From positions 1-45,020 of the forward strand of contig JAICHO010000004.1 in assembly GCA_025924835.1 (NCBI GenBank): 45,020 nucleotides of DNA, read 5' to 3'. The translations under genes and the position numbers were made by a program. Of this stretch, positions 19,838 to 30,069 are shown one piece after another; the first letter of the stretch is position 1; each line of letters starts with the position of its first letter. The stretch comes from Candidatus Saccharimonadota bacterium (GTDB lineage Bacteria; Patescibacteriota; Saccharimonadia; Saccharimonadales; JAICHO01). The notes beneath the pieces were generated by a model. The model ran no database searches. It had not been told where the DNA came from and saw nothing but the letters and a program-made list of their open reading frames with translations.

Positions 19838-20041
19838 ATGAATACAAGACAATCATTAGAAACTGGTGTCGCAATTGGTCTGGGTCTAATTGGCGCGCCT
19901 GAAATAGTCATGCCGACCACACGTGTTAATGTTGTTTTAGAAGTCATAGCTTGTTCGGCCGCCGCGAAACTGGCTCACAATCTGTATAGGTCTCTACATC
20001 AATCAACGCCTCCTCTTGAACAATTAAGCGATATCTGTTAA
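19838..20041 (+). CDS. Orphan 67-aa hypothetical protein between the tRNA cluster and rpmG
   Basis: ORF fills the gap and has two mildly hydrophobic segments; no recognisable motif. Confidence 0.45.
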   Translation: MNTRQSLETGVAIGLGLIGAPEIVMPTTRVNVVLEVIACSAAAKLAHNLYRSLHQSTPPLEQLSDIC

Positions 20042-20053
20042 ACTCGTGTAAAT

Positions 20054-20260
20054 ATGGCTAAAAAAGGCGACAAGCGAAAAGTTATAGGATTGGTGTCGGA
20101 AGAAAGCGGACACCGGCATTATTACACACGCAAGAATACCCAAAATACACCCGACAAACTAAGTCTGCGCAAATACGATCCTGTGCTGCGCAAACACGTA
20201 CTGTACGTTGAGACCAAAAAGAACCTCGGCCGCAACGAAGTCAAGCCCAAAAAACGCTAA
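20054..20260 (+). CDS. rpmG: 50S ribosomal protein L33 (Cys-free)
   Basis: KRKVIGLVSEESGHRHYYTRKNTQNTPDKLSLRKYDPVLRKHVLYVE. Confidence 0.96.
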   Translation: MAKKGDKRKVIGLVSEESGHRHYYTRKNTQNTPDKLSLRKYDPVLRKHVLYVETKKNLGRNEVKPKKR

Positions 20261-20264
20261 ATAT

Positions 20265-22202
20265 TTATTTTACTTTAGACAGATCTAGTACCGTGTTGAT
20301 TAGCTCAGCGTGGCTCCATACTAACGGCGTAACGGATACAGGGTCACCATTACTAGGGTTTACCTGTTCTGATAACATGCCACTGGGCAGAGCATGGCCA
20401 ATTGTCCAATCTACGTATTTGCGAGCCTTTTCGGCTTGGCCTGAACGTATATAATATTGAGCCAGCCACAGAGTGGTTACAAACCACGGATTTCCTAAAA
20501 ATGGTGGTGATGACGCAAAATAATTATCATTTTCGTAGCGCGGACACCCGCCGGCAGGGGTCTTATCAATCATCATGCGTTCAACCTCAACTACCGAGTC
20601 CTGCAGATAATCAGTGTCGTCTTTATGAAAGCCATAAATCATCACACCATACAGCGACGAAATATCCAATGTATTATCAAAATTAAGCGTACTGTCCGGC
20701 TGCAATAAAAAACCTTTACGCAAAATTTTGCGCTCCGGCTCAAAGAATATATCGCTACCGCCCAGAATTTTGTCGGCAGAGGCAGTCCATGTCACGACAT
20801 CATCAGGATATTCAAATTTCTCGGCGAATTCCGCGGCTACCAGCAACGCTTGGTAGACTACGGCAGAGGTGTATGTGGACGTAAGAAACTTTTCTTCCCA
20901 AAGATCATAGCTCGCATGAGGCAGGTTGGTTGTTTCGTCGGTAAATTTACATAGGAAGTTAGCGGCAGGTTGTATAAATGTAGTGTAAAGACTGCGCACA
21001 AAATCTTCGTCATGCGCGTATTCATAAAACTCACCCAGCATATACAGCACCACCGCGGTTTCGTCCTCTTGAATCGCCAGTTCCTTGCGTTCACCATGAA
21101 GCATAGGATGCCATGTGCTGCCGATCGCGCGGTCTGGCTGGTATTTGTGCATCAGATAGCCCTCAGGCGTCAGGATGTCACGGCAAAATTCAAAGAACTT
21201 TTTGGGTTCATCGGTGTACCCCAGCCTTATTAACGGCCAGATCGCATAGGCGCCGTCACGGGGCCATACGTAGCTGTAATAGTCCCTCCCATAGTTGTAT
21301 ATAGAGGAATCGCAACTGGCAATAATACCACCTCGGCGATCAATATGCGCCTTAATAACCAATAGCGATTTTTTGGTGTGTTCGAGGTACTCTTTGTCCA
21401 CTTCGTGCAAGGCGTTGGCACCGGTGGCTAGCCAATGTTTCCAATAATTACGCGTAGATTCCAGCCGGGTTTTTAAACCTTCTTTCTTAATCTGATCATG
21501 CAGTTTTTCGGCGCTGTACTGTGAGTCGGCCGCTACGATCCAGTATGAGATATCGGTGCTTTGGCGTGCCTCAAGAGAGCTATTAAACCGTATGACGGAA
21601 TCTACACCGCCATGCTCCACCGCGCTGCCCGACAGCTCACCATCTTCCGCGTCTTTAAATGTTCCTTCTTTACCTTCAATACCGTAATTACCGATCGCGA
21701 ACTGGTCATAGACCTGGCCATTATCATCCTGGCCATAAATAAGCAAGCTGCAGCGACCCTTATAATCCAAAATATAGCTTTCATCAGGTACAAACAGTGC
21801 AGTATCGGCGCGACCGCCACGCGAAATCTCGAATACTTGATGCATGAAGAGCCGGATTATTCGCGGTTTATCCGCCTGATTCGTTAGGGTGATTTGACGG
21901 CAGAAGGCATTCATATCGCTATCCACAAAGTCACTAAATAACAGTTCGGTTTGCAGTTCATCGTTCTGCATACGAATAGAGCTGATTAAGGCGTCGCTAT
22001 CAAAATTAATGCTGATATCCCAGCTCCCATCGTCAACCCATGAAAATGTGTCTTCAGTCCAGATCCCAATTTTATGGTGTACGCTACGGGCTGTCGTGAG
22101 GTTATCTAAACCTACGTATGGATAATAAAAATCATGGACTAGCCCATGTTCATTAAGCCCGACCGTCAGAGACCCATTTCCCAGCATTACCGGTCGGCCC
22201 AT
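20265..22202 (-). CDS. Glycoside hydrolase family 15 (glucoamylase-like)
   Basis: LGNG..DFYYPYVG N-terminal domain, YSYVWPRDG, QEDETA, YDLWEE, LSEQV..VTPLVWSHAE. Confidence 0.92.
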   Translation of the reverse strand: MGRPVMLGNGSLTVGLNEHGLVHDFYYPYVGLDNLTTARSVHHKIGIWTEDTFSWVDDGSWDISINFDSDALISSIRMQNDELQTELLFSDFVDSDMNAFCRQITLTNQADKPRIIRLFMHQVFEISRGGRADTALFVPDESYILDYKGRCSLLIYGQDDNGQVYDQFAIGNYGIEGKEGTFKDAEDGELSGSAVEHGGVDSVIRFNSSLEARQSTDISYWIVAADSQYSAEKLHDQIKKEGLKTRLESTRNYWKHWLATGANALHEVDKEYLEHTKKSLLVIKAHIDRRGGIIASCDSSIYNYGRDYYSYVWPRDGAYAIWPLIRLGYTDEPKKFFEFCRDILTPEGYLMHKYQPDRAIGSTWHPMLHGERKELAIQEDETAVVLYMLGEFYEYAHDEDFVRSLYTTFIQPAANFLCKFTDETTNLPHASYDLWEEKFLTSTYTSAVVYQALLVAAEFAEKFEYPDDVVTWTASADKILGGSDIFFEPERKILRKGFLLQPDSTLNFDNTLDISSLYGVMIYGFHKDDTDYLQDSVVEVERMMIDKTPAGGCPRYENDNYFASSPPFLGNPWFVTTLWLAQYYIRSGQAEKARKYVDWTIGHALPSGMLSEQVNPSNGDPVSVTPLVWSHAELINTVLDLSKVK

Positions 22203-22204
22203 AA

Positions 22205-23416
22205 TTAAACCTCAATTCCTTTTTCGCTGAGACGAAATTTTATATCATGCCAGGCGTTCATAAAGTTAGTAAAAGCTTCATAAGGTGTTTCATAAGGACT
22301 AAAGTACGCATGGATATCACCGTCATTGAACCACTTCGTACACATATAGTAGAGGTGGTCAGAGGTTTGCAGCTTGCGCCAATCTTCTATTAATGCCAGA
22401 TCACCGGACTTAATAATTGGGTCCTGCAAGCCGTAGAGCGCCTGAACTGCTTGCGTTTGCATTGGGTTCCCCAACCATGCCGATAGGTCACGCTCTGTAT
22501 CTGCCCACGTAATCGTAGTCGGTACGTCTATGCGGTCTACCGGATCGAAGCTGTCGATGGTTTCACTCACGGTCATAAATGTATGGTCGTCAGAAGCAAG
22601 CCAATGTTCTGGCAAATGATGCAGAAAATCAAAGATACCACTGTCACTCCATTGGTGTTCGCCAAACGTCTCATAATCCATGAATAAATTAAAGTTAGTA
22701 GCATCACCGGATTCGCTCAACCAATGAGAAAATTTATCGGCCGTGAGTGGCCAGCCCGCCCATTCACGGTCACCAAATCGGAAGGCTATATCGTCACTCA
22801 GCTTGTAATTTTTCATAAGCAGCCGGATATTGTTGGTGTACGTTGGACGGTATACAAAGTTTGGGCTGCGCCAGCCTAATACCGGGTCCCATCCTTCCGT
22901 TAAAATCCCTTTGTAGCCCGCCCGGTCTGCCCAGTATGCTAGGTCATTGTTATAGCTAAGTTCAGTATTCCTAAAGACATGCGGTGTTTGTCCAAACAAC
23001 TCCTGCACTTTGGCACGATGCATATCAACCTGCATCTCAAATTCGGCCAGCGAATAGAAAAAGGCCAGACTGTGATGATACGTTTCGCCGACTATTTCTA
23101 CCCGGCCTGTGGCCGTTAGTTCCTGAAAGGACCGCAAAACATTGGGCGCATAACGTTCAAACTGCTCCAGAACCGTACCAGTAATTGAAAGACTCAGCTT
23201 AAACTCGGGGTGGCGATGTAAAAGTTCCAATAACTTTTTGTTAGTAGGCAAATACGACTTTTCAGCTACCTTGTTCAGAATCTGCTCGTTACTAGTACGT
23301 GAATCATACGGCGCGTCAAAATAATCATGCTTATTGGCCGTGTCAAAAATAGTGTAGTGACGAACGCGAAACGGTTGATGCACATGCATGTACAATACGA
23401 TTGCTTTTTTGCTCAT
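22205..23416 (-). CDS. Glycoside hydrolase family 57 (alpha-amylase-like)
   Basis: HVHQP, ETYHHSL, FRNTEL, FMDYETFGEHQ, LQTSDHLYYM. Confidence 0.93.
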   Translation of the reverse strand: MSKKAIVLYMHVHQPFRVRHYTIFDTANKHDYFDAPYDSRTSNEQILNKVAEKSYLPTNKKLLELLHRHPEFKLSLSITGTVLEQFERYAPNVLRSFQELTATGRVEIVGETYHHSLAFFYSLAEFEMQVDMHRAKVQELFGQTPHVFRNTELSYNNDLAYWADRAGYKGILTEGWDPVLGWRSPNFVYRPTYTNNIRLLMKNYKLSDDIAFRFGDREWAGWPLTADKFSHWLSESGDATNFNLFMDYETFGEHQWSDSGIFDFLHHLPEHWLASDDHTFMTVSETIDSFDPVDRIDVPTTITWADTERDLSAWLGNPMQTQAVQALYGLQDPIIKSGDLALIEDWRKLQTSDHLYYMCTKWFNDGDIHAYFSPYETPYEAFTNFMNAWHDIKFRLSEKGIEV

Positions 23417-24621
23417 GCCGACACCGCCGACATGTGGTGTTTATACATAGTAACAAGCTTATCAGCGGCATTGTTCCAGCTTAACTGTTCATATTCACGC
23501 ATCGCGTTAGTTTGTAAGGTCTGTTGTAAACCGTCGTTCTGAACCACAGCCGTCATTTGATTGGCCATTTCATCCGTATCCCAGAAATCCGTCTTAAGAC
23601 AATTAACGAGCACCTCTGCCACACCAGATTGTTTGCTAATAAGTGCAGGCGTGCCATAACCGGCTGCTTCCAGCGGTGTCAGGCCAAAGGGTTCGGAAAT
23701 AGACGGCATGACAAACAGATCACCAACTGCAAAAGCATCTCGCCACTGCTTACCGCGTAAGAAACCAGTAAAAATAACATTACGGCTAATGCCGAGTTCC
23801 GCGGCCAGCAGCAACAATTCCCGTTCTTGTTCACCACTGCCAACTATTAGAAATAGCGTCTTGGGAGCACGCAGTATGACTTGTTTGGCAGCCTTTAATA
23901 AATTGGGTAAACCTTTTTGTATGGTAAGCCGACCAACGTTGACAATAACACGGTAGCCCTGGGATTTCATTTTTTCCAGATAACGATAGGTATTGTCAGC
24001 GTCCAATGGTGCCAAATCAGCAATGTCTAAGCTATTATGTACTACCTCTATTTTATCGGCCGGGATACCATATTCGCGTACAATGCTTTTTTTGGTATGA
24101 CCGCTGACCGCAATAACTTTATCGGCCAACATCATGGCAGTATATTCGATTTCGCGCACCATAGGATTCCCACCCATTTCCATACCGGCTCTATCCGATT
24201 CTATCGAGTGCACATGTACCACTAGGGGTTTGTTTGTTTTTTCTTTGGCGCGCAGAGCGGCCCGAAAGGTCAGCCAATCATGAGCGTGGATAATATCGTA
24301 TTCCTCTATAGAAACGATCCGTTCTACGGCCGTTTCATAGATAGCGCTCTGTCCAAACAAATCCACCCACTTTATATCGCCCGACTTACTTACGTACTTA
24401 AAACTATCATATGCTATACCTGCCTTCAGTACGCGCTCAACATCTTGCGGATGAGCTGAGTTGATCCGCATAAAATCAATATCGTGGTCAGCGGTGTAGG
24501 GCACCACGAACTCAATATCAACTTCTTTTTTGGAGAGAGCCTTACACAGCTGGTAGCATGCCACGCCAAGCCCACCACTGTTGTGCGGGGGAAGTTCCCA
24601 CCCCAACATCAATACTTTCAT
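23413..24621 (-). CDS. GT4 glycosyltransferase (glycogen/alpha-glucan synthase-like)
   Basis: MLGWELPPHNSGGLGVAC, IHAHDWLT, GRLTIQKG, MPSISEPFGLTPLEA. Confidence 0.92.
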   Translation of the reverse strand: MKVLMLGWELPPHNSGGLGVACYQLCKALSKKEVDIEFVVPYTADHDIDFMRINSAHPQDVERVLKAGIAYDSFKYVSKSGDIKWVDLFGQSAIYETAVERIVSIEEYDIIHAHDWLTFRAALRAKEKTNKPLVVHVHSIESDRAGMEMGGNPMVREIEYTAMMLADKVIAVSGHTKKSIVREYGIPADKIEVVHNSLDIADLAPLDADNTYRYLEKMKSQGYRVIVNVGRLTIQKGLPNLLKAAKQVILRAPKTLFLIVGSGEQERELLLLAAELGISRNVIFTGFLRGKQWRDAFAVGDLFVMPSISEPFGLTPLEAAGYGTPALISKQSGVAEVLVNCLKTDFWDTDEMANQMTAVVQNDGLQQTLQTNAMREYEQLSWNNAADKLVTMYKHHMSAVSA

Positions 24622-24812
24622 AGCCCTCTGTTTTTAATGTTTTTAAGTTTAGTTCGTTGGTATTATACCTAGTAACAGCGGTAAGCACAACCATATTGTG
24701 TGACTTTATCCACAAAATGGTAAAAATATCTATAATTAAGATTACACACATAGTAGTTACCCTTGTTACGGTGACAAACCAGCCAAGATTGAGTATCATA
24801 TCAGAGTTGTAT

Positions 24813-24887
24813 AGGGGCATAGTACAATGGTTAGTATAAGGGTCTCCAAAACCCTAGATCGTGGTTCGATCCCACGTGCCCCTGCCA
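24813..24887 (+). tRNA. tRNA-Trp(CCA)
   Basis: AGGGGCA/TGCCCCT acceptor stem, AGGGT-CTCCAAA-ACCCT, GTTCGATC, CCA end. Promoter-like GTGACA-N17-TATCAT upstream. Confidence 0.96.
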
Positions 24888-24927
24888 TTTTTGCAACTGA
24901 GGTACAAATGTTATACGATAGGAGTCA

Positions 24928-25590
24928 ATGGCCAAGCTTCAATTAAACCATCCTACTTTGTTCTTACTTTATGGGTTTCCGGGTGCAGGCAAAACCTATT
25001 TTGCCCGGCAGTTATGTGAAGAGGTGCAAGCAGCTCATGTGCAGGGTGATCGTATACGTGGTGAGCTATTTGATCAGCCCCGATATGATCGCCAGGAAAA
25101 TGACATTGTCAATCAACTTATGGCTTATATGACGGAGGAGTTTTTGCAGGCCGGTATAAGCGTAGTTTATGATACCAACGTGATGCGAGCCGCTCACCGG
25201 CGTAACTTACGCGAGATGGCACGGCGCATGAAGGCAAAAACAGTGTTAGTCTGGTTTCAAATTGACACCGAAAGTGCGTTTGTGAGGGTGGTTAAGCGGG
25301 ATCGCCGCAAGGCTGACGATAAATACGCGGCGCCCATGGACCGCACGACGTACGAATCGTTAGTAAGCGGCATGCAGAACCCTGAAGTGACAGAAGATTA
25401 CGTAGTGGTTAGTGGTAAACGGACTTTTCAGACGCAGCGTAGCGCGATTTTGAAAAAATTGTATGATTTACGGCTACTTTATGCAGAGCAGTCAACCACC
25501 GGCATTGGCAAGCCGGCGTTAGTTAATCTCGTCCCAAGTCATTTACCAGGTCGCGTCGACCCCACACGCCGCAATATTACCATCCGATAA
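24928..25590 (+). CDS. P-loop kinase (AAA_33-like)
   Basis: LYGFPGAGKTYFA, VVYDTN; substrate unknown. Confidence 0.8.
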   Translation: MAKLQLNHPTLFLLYGFPGAGKTYFARQLCEEVQAAHVQGDRIRGELFDQPRYDRQENDIVNQLMAYMTEEFLQAGISVVYDTNVMRAAHRRNLREMARRMKAKTVLVWFQIDTESAFVRVVKRDRRKADDKYAAPMDRTTYESLVSGMQNPEVTEDYVVVSGKRTFQTQRSAILKKLYDLRLLYAEQSTTGIGKPALVNLVPSHLPGRVDPTRRNITIR

Positions 25591-26300
25591 TGCCTCAAAA
25601 AAAGCTTCTTATTGCTGGAATTGGCGAAGTATTGCTGCAGAAGCGCAAAGGATCACGCAGTATTCGCTTGACCGTAGGACATGAAGGGCAAGTACGCGTA
25701 AGCATGCCGCTATGGTCGCCTTATAAAGCGGGCGAAACGTTCATATTAAGCAAGACCGCCTGGATCAAAAAACAACAGTCAGTGAAACAAATCAGGCCGT
25801 TTGGAGCCCATGATCGCATTGGCAAAGCTCATCGGTTGCGCTTTATCTCTGAACAACGCAGTACTATTACCAGCCGCGTTAGTGCCACTGAAATCGTCAT
25901 AAAATTACCCCTCACGCATAGTTCTTCCGACCCAGCAGTTCAAAAAGTGTTGCGGGCAGCTGGGACACGAGCATTAAAGCAAGAGGCAAAACAACTTTTG
26001 CCACGTCGTTTGCAGGCTTTAGCTGCTCAGCATGGTTTTGAGTATCGATCCGTTTCTATTAAGCAACTTAAGACCCGTTGGGGGAGTTGTAGCTCAACCG
26101 CGGACATAGCACTTAACTGTTACTTGATGCAGCTGCCCTGGGATTTGATAGATTATGTATTGCTGCACGAACTGCTGCATACGCAGATTATGGCCCACGG
26201 CAAACCGTTTTGGGATGAACTTGGACATTATGTTAAAGATTTGCCCACCAAACGATTAGCGATGCGTTCACACCAACCGGCGCTTATTGCGGCCATTTAA
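25590..26300 (+). CDS. YgjP/DUF45 zinc metallopeptidase-like protein
   Basis: KTRWGSCS, DYVLLHELLH...HGKPFW. Confidence 0.88.
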   Translation: MPQKKLLIAGIGEVLLQKRKGSRSIRLTVGHEGQVRVSMPLWSPYKAGETFILSKTAWIKKQQSVKQIRPFGAHDRIGKAHRLRFISEQRSTITSRVSATEIVIKLPLTHSSSDPAVQKVLRAAGTRALKQEAKQLLPRRLQALAAQHGFEYRSVSIKQLKTRWGSCSSTADIALNCYLMQLPWDLIDYVLLHELLHTQIMAHGKPFWDELGHYVKDLPTKRLAMRSHQPALIAAI

Positions 26301-26315
26301 GCTATAATTATCCTT

Positions 26316-27476
26316 ATGGCTAGCAATACAAACACCCATGCCACTCAAAAAGTCATGTCAACAGCCAAAAATCTTGCCAAAAATCTCAAGGCAAGCGTCG
26401 TGCCCAATGCCGAGCTGGAACGCGAACGCCTCATCAGTCTCATTAACAGCATGGCTGACGGCGTAATCGCGACGGATGAACACACCAAAATAGTATTATC
26501 TAACGGTGCCGCGCTAAATGTTCTTGACGTGAATGATACCCTAAACGGCAAACAAATTAATCATGTGTTGCAGTTAGTGGATAAGGACAACCAGCCCGTA
26601 GACATCCGCAAGATTATTTTGGATACCAAAACTCAGTTCAGCAACCGTGAATGGCGCTTAAAATATGCGGATGGCAGCACCGCCAATCTGTACATCAGCA
26701 TAGCGCCCGTCAGGCTTGGTTATGGTCAACGGGGTAGAAAGGGTTATGTTATTTTATTACGTGATATTACCCGTGAAAAGTCGCTAGAAGAAGAGCGGGA
26801 TGAATTTATTAGCGTGGTCAGTCATGAGCTGCGTACGCCAATTGCAATATCAGAGGGCAACATCAGCAATGCCCAGTTTATCGCTGATAAATCAGGTGAC
26901 ATGAAAGCCGTTAAAGAAGCGCTGAAACAGGCCCATGATCAGATTGAATTTTTGAGTGGCATGATTAATGACCTAGCCACGTTGTCGCGCGCCGAACGGG
27001 GCACACTGCAAGTAGAAATAGAGTCTATCAATGTCCACGAACTTATTCAGGATTTAGCGCACAATTACACACCGAGCGCAGAAGCTAAAAACCTGAAATT
27101 TACGACAGACGCCGATAGCCGACTGGAATTGTTGCAATCGTCCAAGTTATATGTGCGTGAAATACTCCAAAACTTCATAACAAATGCAATCAAATATACC
27201 GAAACCGGCAGCGTCATGTTGAGTGCCAGCCCCAAACCGCGTGGCGTAGAGTTTCAGGTGAGCGACACCGGAATTGGTATAAGCAAAGGCGACCAAGAAA
27301 AAATTTATGATAAATTTTTCAGATCAGAAGATTATCGTACCAGACAGAATAACGGCACTGGCTTAGGTTTATACGTGACCATGAAATTGGCACGGCTTAT
27401 CCATGCCGAGATTGATTTGCAAAGCGAACTTAACAAAGGCTCTAACTTCACAATTTTTATTCCCAACCTCCAGTAG
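26316..27476 (+). CDS. Cytoplasmic PAS-domain sensor histidine kinase
   Basis: PAS (SMADGVIATD...LRDITREK), H-box VSHELRTP, NFITNAIKYT, DTGIGI, GTGLGL; no TM segment. Confidence 0.93.
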   Translation: MASNTNTHATQKVMSTAKNLAKNLKASVVPNAELERERLISLINSMADGVIATDEHTKIVLSNGAALNVLDVNDTLNGKQINHVLQLVDKDNQPVDIRKIILDTKTQFSNREWRLKYADGSTANLYISIAPVRLGYGQRGRKGYVILLRDITREKSLEEERDEFISVVSHELRTPIAISEGNISNAQFIADKSGDMKAVKEALKQAHDQIEFLSGMINDLATLSRAERGTLQVEIESINVHELIQDLAHNYTPSAEAKNLKFTTDADSRLELLQSSKLYVREILQNFITNAIKYTETGSVMLSASPKPRGVEFQVSDTGIGISKGDQEKIYDKFFRSEDYRTRQNNGTGLGLYVTMKLARLIHAEIDLQSELNKGSNFTIFIPNLQ

Positions 27477-28989
27477 AAGAAGACCCCCTGTTTGTTAGGG
27501 TTGGCAACCCGGGGATAACATGCATAACAGGGATGCATATATTGCGATCCTTCCAGTCCACCCTGAAGAATTCATACTGTATCATTGAGACATAACTTAT
27601 GACCACTTCGGTAGCTACAACCAGGGGGAATGTGAATACAGCCAACAAACTATTAGCCGGATCGGTCACGCTCACTAGTAGTACGTGCGTAAGGATTAAA
27701 AAGATGACGCTACACAAAGGAATCCACAATGCCGTCACCGGCCACCAGTGGTGAGTTAACAACAAACCAAACGGCAATAACAAAAACATGCAGTTGAAAA
27801 CACCCATAAGCAAGACCCACTCTGGCCGACGGTGCAGGCGAGGATAGTGTGTCCGTACGGCGGTAGCATATTGTTCGTGAAAGTTTTTGGTGGTTTGTAC
27901 CTCAAGCTCGGCACTGCTACGAACAAAGCTATACTGGTCGGTTTTAATTAGTTCGCGCGCAAAGAAAGCTTCTGGGGTAATCGAGTGACTGACAGCAGAA
28001 AATCCCCCGAGAGCTTTTAAGTCTTGGCGACCAATCATCCAACACGTACTCAACACCGCGGGTCGATTAAATAAACGGCGGGGCCAAGCCAATTCCCACC
28101 AATATCTCATGGGCTGTATAAAAGCAGATATTGGTGAGTGTAAAAAGCGTATTGGCAATACGCTTAACATGGATTTCTTGCGTGCATATAACAGATTCAC
28201 CATGCTTCTTATCGCGAGAGGCCCAAAACGCGCGTCTACACCGCAAAACAATATAAGTTCGCCGGCTGATTCTTCGTATAGTTTTTGATAGGCTTGATTT
28301 TTGGCAAGCCAACGTTCGGCCGGTTCTTGACCGCGCACAAAACGGACACCTTCGTGCGCAAAACTCTTGATAACCTCAGCGGTTTGGCTTTGCGAGCAGT
28401 CATCCAAAACTATTATTTCCAGTTTGGGGTAATCACTGGCCAGCACCGAACGTAAGCAGCCTTGTAAATCATCAGTTTCATTGCGCGCCGGAATGGCAAC
28501 GGTAACCGTTGGTAACTCTCGATCGCTCAAAAATATTTCTGGCATTTTGAATCGCAGCTTCCTGATATTCTTGATGGTAATCAATGTTATGATCACGGCT
28601 ACAACGGCCTGGATCAGCGAAAGAATACGAATACCTGTGCGGGCAGTTACTATGATCGGTATTACAATACCTATTAAAAGCACTAGATGAATGATAAATA
28701 CCCATATAGAAGTGCGTAGTACGGCGTGTCGCAGATAAGTTTCGTTCATCCGTCCGGCCAATAGGCGTATCTGGTTGCCCAAACGATACATGGCCAAAAA
28801 TATAAGAACACCGGCCGGCAAGACATCAAGCTGCACGCTAAGACCCGCGGTTGTGACAACAATAAAACAACAAACAAGTATCGCCATGGCACGACGATAT
28901 CGCCACAGAAGTGGCAGCAATGGCACTAGAGCTTCTAAAACAAAGGCAAACAGCCATAGCGATAACATATTGTTACTATCATAACGCAT
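27457..28989 (-). CDS. Membrane-embedded GT2 family glycosyltransferase
   Basis: VAIPARNE, IIVLDDCS, WLAKNQA; multiple TM helices on both sides of the GT domain. Confidence 0.85.
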   Translation of the reverse strand: MRYDSNNMLSLWLFAFVLEALVPLLPLLWRYRRAMAILVCCFIVVTTAGLSVQLDVLPAGVLIFLAMYRLGNQIRLLAGRMNETYLRHAVLRTSIWVFIIHLVLLIGIVIPIIVTARTGIRILSLIQAVVAVIITLITIKNIRKLRFKMPEIFLSDRELPTVTVAIPARNETDDLQGCLRSVLASDYPKLEIIVLDDCSQSQTAEVIKSFAHEGVRFVRGQEPAERWLAKNQAYQKLYEESAGELILFCGVDARFGPLAIRSMVNLLYARKKSMLSVLPIRFLHSPISAFIQPMRYWWELAWPRRLFNRPAVLSTCWMIGRQDLKALGGFSAVSHSITPEAFFARELIKTDQYSFVRSSAELEVQTTKNFHEQYATAVRTHYPRLHRRPEWVLLMGVFNCMFLLLPFGLLLTHHWWPVTALWIPLCSVIFLILTHVLLVSVTDPANSLLAVFTFPLVVATEVVISYVSMIQYEFFRVDWKDRNICIPVMHVIPGLPTLTNRGSSSTGGWE

Positions 28990-29089
28990 ATGCTCTTGGT
29001 TTTAGACTTGCTAGTTTTTATAGATTAAGGTATATTGACTTCTGACGACCCTATCATATGGTAGGGTTTTTAATTTGAGGAGAGACGAC

Positions 29090-29494
29090 GTGGCCGACAA
29101 TAAAGAAACGCCAAAAAAACGCCTTATAAAAAAACCGGAGTCAGTTAGGGAACGAGCCGCTAAATCAGAGACAAAAAACAAACCACGCCGCATTCAAATG
29201 GCTGGCACTACAGCCATGAGACCGCTTAAAGCCGTTGGCAGAACTGCACGCAAGGAAGTTTACTTGCCGCTGCCCGACAATAAGGCGGGCCGGTTTTTAA
29301 ATAAAAGACGTCATATAATTCCGCGTTATTTCAGACTGGCATGGCAAGAACTAAAACAGGTGGTCTGGCCGGGACGTAAAGAAACCGCCAAACTTACTGT
29401 TGCAGTTTTTATATTTGCTATTTTCTTTGGACTCATTATCAGCTTGGCAGATTATGGTCTAGACAAATTATTTAAAAACCTGATTTTGAAATAG
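29090..29494 (+). CDS. secE: Preprotein translocase subunit SecE with basic N-terminal extension
   Basis: ELKQVVWPGRKET plus TM helix and D; directly upstream of nusG; GTG 29090 follows GAGGAG. Confidence 0.93.
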   Translation: MADNKETPKKRLIKKPESVRERAAKSETKNKPRRIQMAGTTAMRPLKAVGRTARKEVYLPLPDNKAGRFLNKRRHIIPRYFRLAWQELKQVVWPGRKETAKLTVAVFIFAIFFGLIISLADYGLDKLFKNLILK

Positions 29495-29504
29495 GAGGTA
29501 TTTG

Positions 29505-30047
29505 ATGGTTAAACGATACGACGCTACCAAACAATGGTATGCCATCCATACATACAGCGGTTACGAAGAAAAGGTTGCTGAAAGCATACGCCAACGTAGC
29601 GAAAGTCTGGATATGAAGGACAAAATTATCCAAGTACTGGTGCCCAAAGAGAAAATGATTGAGGTTAAAAACGGTAAGCGCAAAGTTGTAGAAAAGCGTA
29701 TATTCCAGGGTTATGTATTGGTTCAGATTAAAATGACGGAAGATGCCTGGTATATCGTACGCAACACACCGTCGGTAACAGGCTTTGTGGGTAGTGGCAC
29801 CGAGCCGACACCTATAAGTACAGATGAAATTGAAAAAATCATGAAGCGCATGGGCAGGGATGAACCCAAGCACAAGATTGATTACAAAATCGGGGAGGTG
29901 GTTAGCATCACTGATGGACCGTTTAAGGGCTTTGATGGCAGCATCAACGAAGTTGACCAAACTAAGGGCAAGCTAAAAGTATTGGTCAATATGTTCGGCC
30001 GCGAAACACCGGTGGAGCTTGACAGTCTCCAGGTAAAAAGAGTATAA
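29505..30047 (+). CDS. nusG: Transcription factor NusG
   Basis: WYAIHTYSGYE, VRNTPSVTGFVG, KOW DGPFKGFDG, MFGRETPVEL; ATG follows AGGAGG. Confidence 0.99.
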   Translation: MVKRYDATKQWYAIHTYSGYEEKVAESIRQRSESLDMKDKIIQVLVPKEKMIEVKNGKRKVVEKRIFQGYVLVQIKMTEDAWYIVRNTPSVTGFVGSGTEPTPISTDEIEKIMKRMGRDEPKHKIDYKIGEVVSITDGPFKGFDGSINEVDQTKGKLKVLVNMFGRETPVELDSLQVKRV

Positions 30048-30069
30048 CTTTTTTTAAGAACGGAGTTAA

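Noticed and set aside
29048-29071. Hairpin plus T run just upstream of secE
   Set aside because: Lies only a few nt after the predicted TSS (TTGCTA-N17-TATATT) with no leader ORF or alternative pairing; more likely a 5' stabilising hairpin.
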